Positions 62,796 to 64,000 of a DNA stretch of 64,000 bases are shown piece after piece. A program made the translations under genes and the position numbers. The notes under the pieces were generated by a model, which saw nothing but the letters and a program-made list of their open reading frames with translations, was not told the DNA's origin and did no database searches. The DNA comes from Glycera tridactyla. Its lineage: Eukaryota. The DNA lies in the NCBI GenBank assembly GCA_965644265.1, contig OZ286460.1, positions 95,604,001-95,668,000 on the forward strand. The letters run 5' to 3'. The first letter of the stretch is position 1; the number at the start of each line of letters is the position of its first letter.

Positions 62796-63802
62796 ATGTG
62801 GGCTGTCAAATGCTTGCTCCTCATTGCCATCGCATCACTCGCTGATGGTTAGTTCAGAGTACTCAATCTGTATCTGAAAATGTTATTTGTACATTTCAAT
62901 TGTGTATCGTGAATCATAGTTTTATATAAGCATCTCCCATTGCCTGAATATTTCACAAGAATGGCTTGAACTAGATGGTTTACTGGGTCTCGAGGCGTCT
63001 GTGTGGGGAGTGGGGCATGCTCCTGGCTGTGATGTGTGGCCACTTTTTTGTGGCCACATAGCTCAGTGTGTGAGTCAGCTTGCTCCTCCACTGGCTAGGC
63101 GGTTGGTGCCATGCTGGAGATCCCAGGTTCAAATCCACAAGAATTCGGATGATTTCTGAAAATGTAATTTGTACATTTCAATGGTGTATCGTGCTATATA
63201 GTTACACCCTCAATCTTCAACCTTCTCCCATCACAGGCTTCGAACGTACAAGCTAATCATTTCAACACATGATGCAAAAGCTGAAAGGCTGAATAACATT
63301 CTGTGTGGTTCTACGTTTGCAATTATATGGGAGATTGGTGTCGACGTCACAAAAAAAACAACATATGAATGAATTAAATTTGAGGAGCAATGAGGTGCAT
63401 GTATATCGGTGAGCGCAGCAGAAGTTCATCTGGTACATGCAGAGCAATTGTAAAATAAAAAAAATTGAATGAGCTGAATCAGGGCAAACGCGGTCAGCCA
63501 TAGTAGGTACGTCTATGTCCGATTTCGGGAGTATGATTTGATTTGTGTATGTGTATTTCTGTGTGCAAACTGTGGAGAGACATGATATCCCAAGGTTTTT
63601 GCTTGTTGTTTTTAGCTGGCTACAAGCGAGTGTGTTACCATACCAACTGGTCTCAATACAGGCAGCCAGGAGGCAAATTCTACCCTGAGGATATTGATCC
63701 CTCCCTCTGCACCCATGTTGTCTACGCTTTCGCAACTATGAGAGGAAATCAGCTTCATCCATATGAGTGGAATGATGATGATGAACCATGGATGGTTGGA
63801 AT
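62796..63802 (+). CDS. GH18 chitinase paralogue 4, 5' part (continues beyond the window)
   Basis: 52-bp signal exon 62796-62847 (MWAVKCLLLIAIASLAD) and 187-bp exon 63616-63802 ([15 protein letters not shown]...HPYEWND); same sizes and phases as paralogue 3. Confidence 0.9.
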
Positions 63803-64000
63803 GTAAGTAAAGTACCAAAAATCATTTATCACAAATCAAAGTCAGATGATGTGAGTGATGAGCACATAAGCTCCATGAAGCCTTTCAATCTCAATGGAGG
63901 CTTCCAATCCCAACAAATGTAGGCATCCATAATCATAAATGTTTCCTCATAATTATATTCGTAATTTTCATTATCAATATCAGAATCCCCATCAATATCA

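Overview
Animal (invertebrate-like, spliceosomal introns) scaffold with eight N-gaps and two distinct parts. (1) About 2.27-12.99 kb holds a ~10.7-kb element with one uninterrupted 1601-codon protein-primed family-B DNA polymerase of the Polinton/Maverick type. By motif reading it has a putative terminal protein, a GG site, an OTU-like protease, Cys-rich clusters, an exonuclease, a VSR-like nuclease insertion and the polymerase motifs. Two co-oriented orphan ORFs accompany it. I found no integrase, capsid, packaging ATPase or adenain protease between its ends. The ends are unusual: ~400-bp inverted repeats that are visibly diverged (roughly 70% identity by eye), each centred on a conserved hairpin. 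The left one is part of an ~880-bp imperfect palindrome, and mirror-image GGAC-rich repeat arrays lie just inside both ends. This capsid-less, integrase-less, hairpin-ended pPolB element is the best candidate for an undescribed system. (2) About 14.9-64 kb is a cluster of four multi-exon GH18 chitinase paralogues: one with an in-frame TGA and a GPI-like tail, one decayed inverted pseudogene, one intact enzyme with a variant CBM14-like domain, and one running off the window. They are interspersed with a dead Penelope-like retroelement, tRNA-derived SINEs, LINE RT scraps, palindromic MITE-like hairpins and satellites. All alignments and gene models were made by eye; no searches were run.
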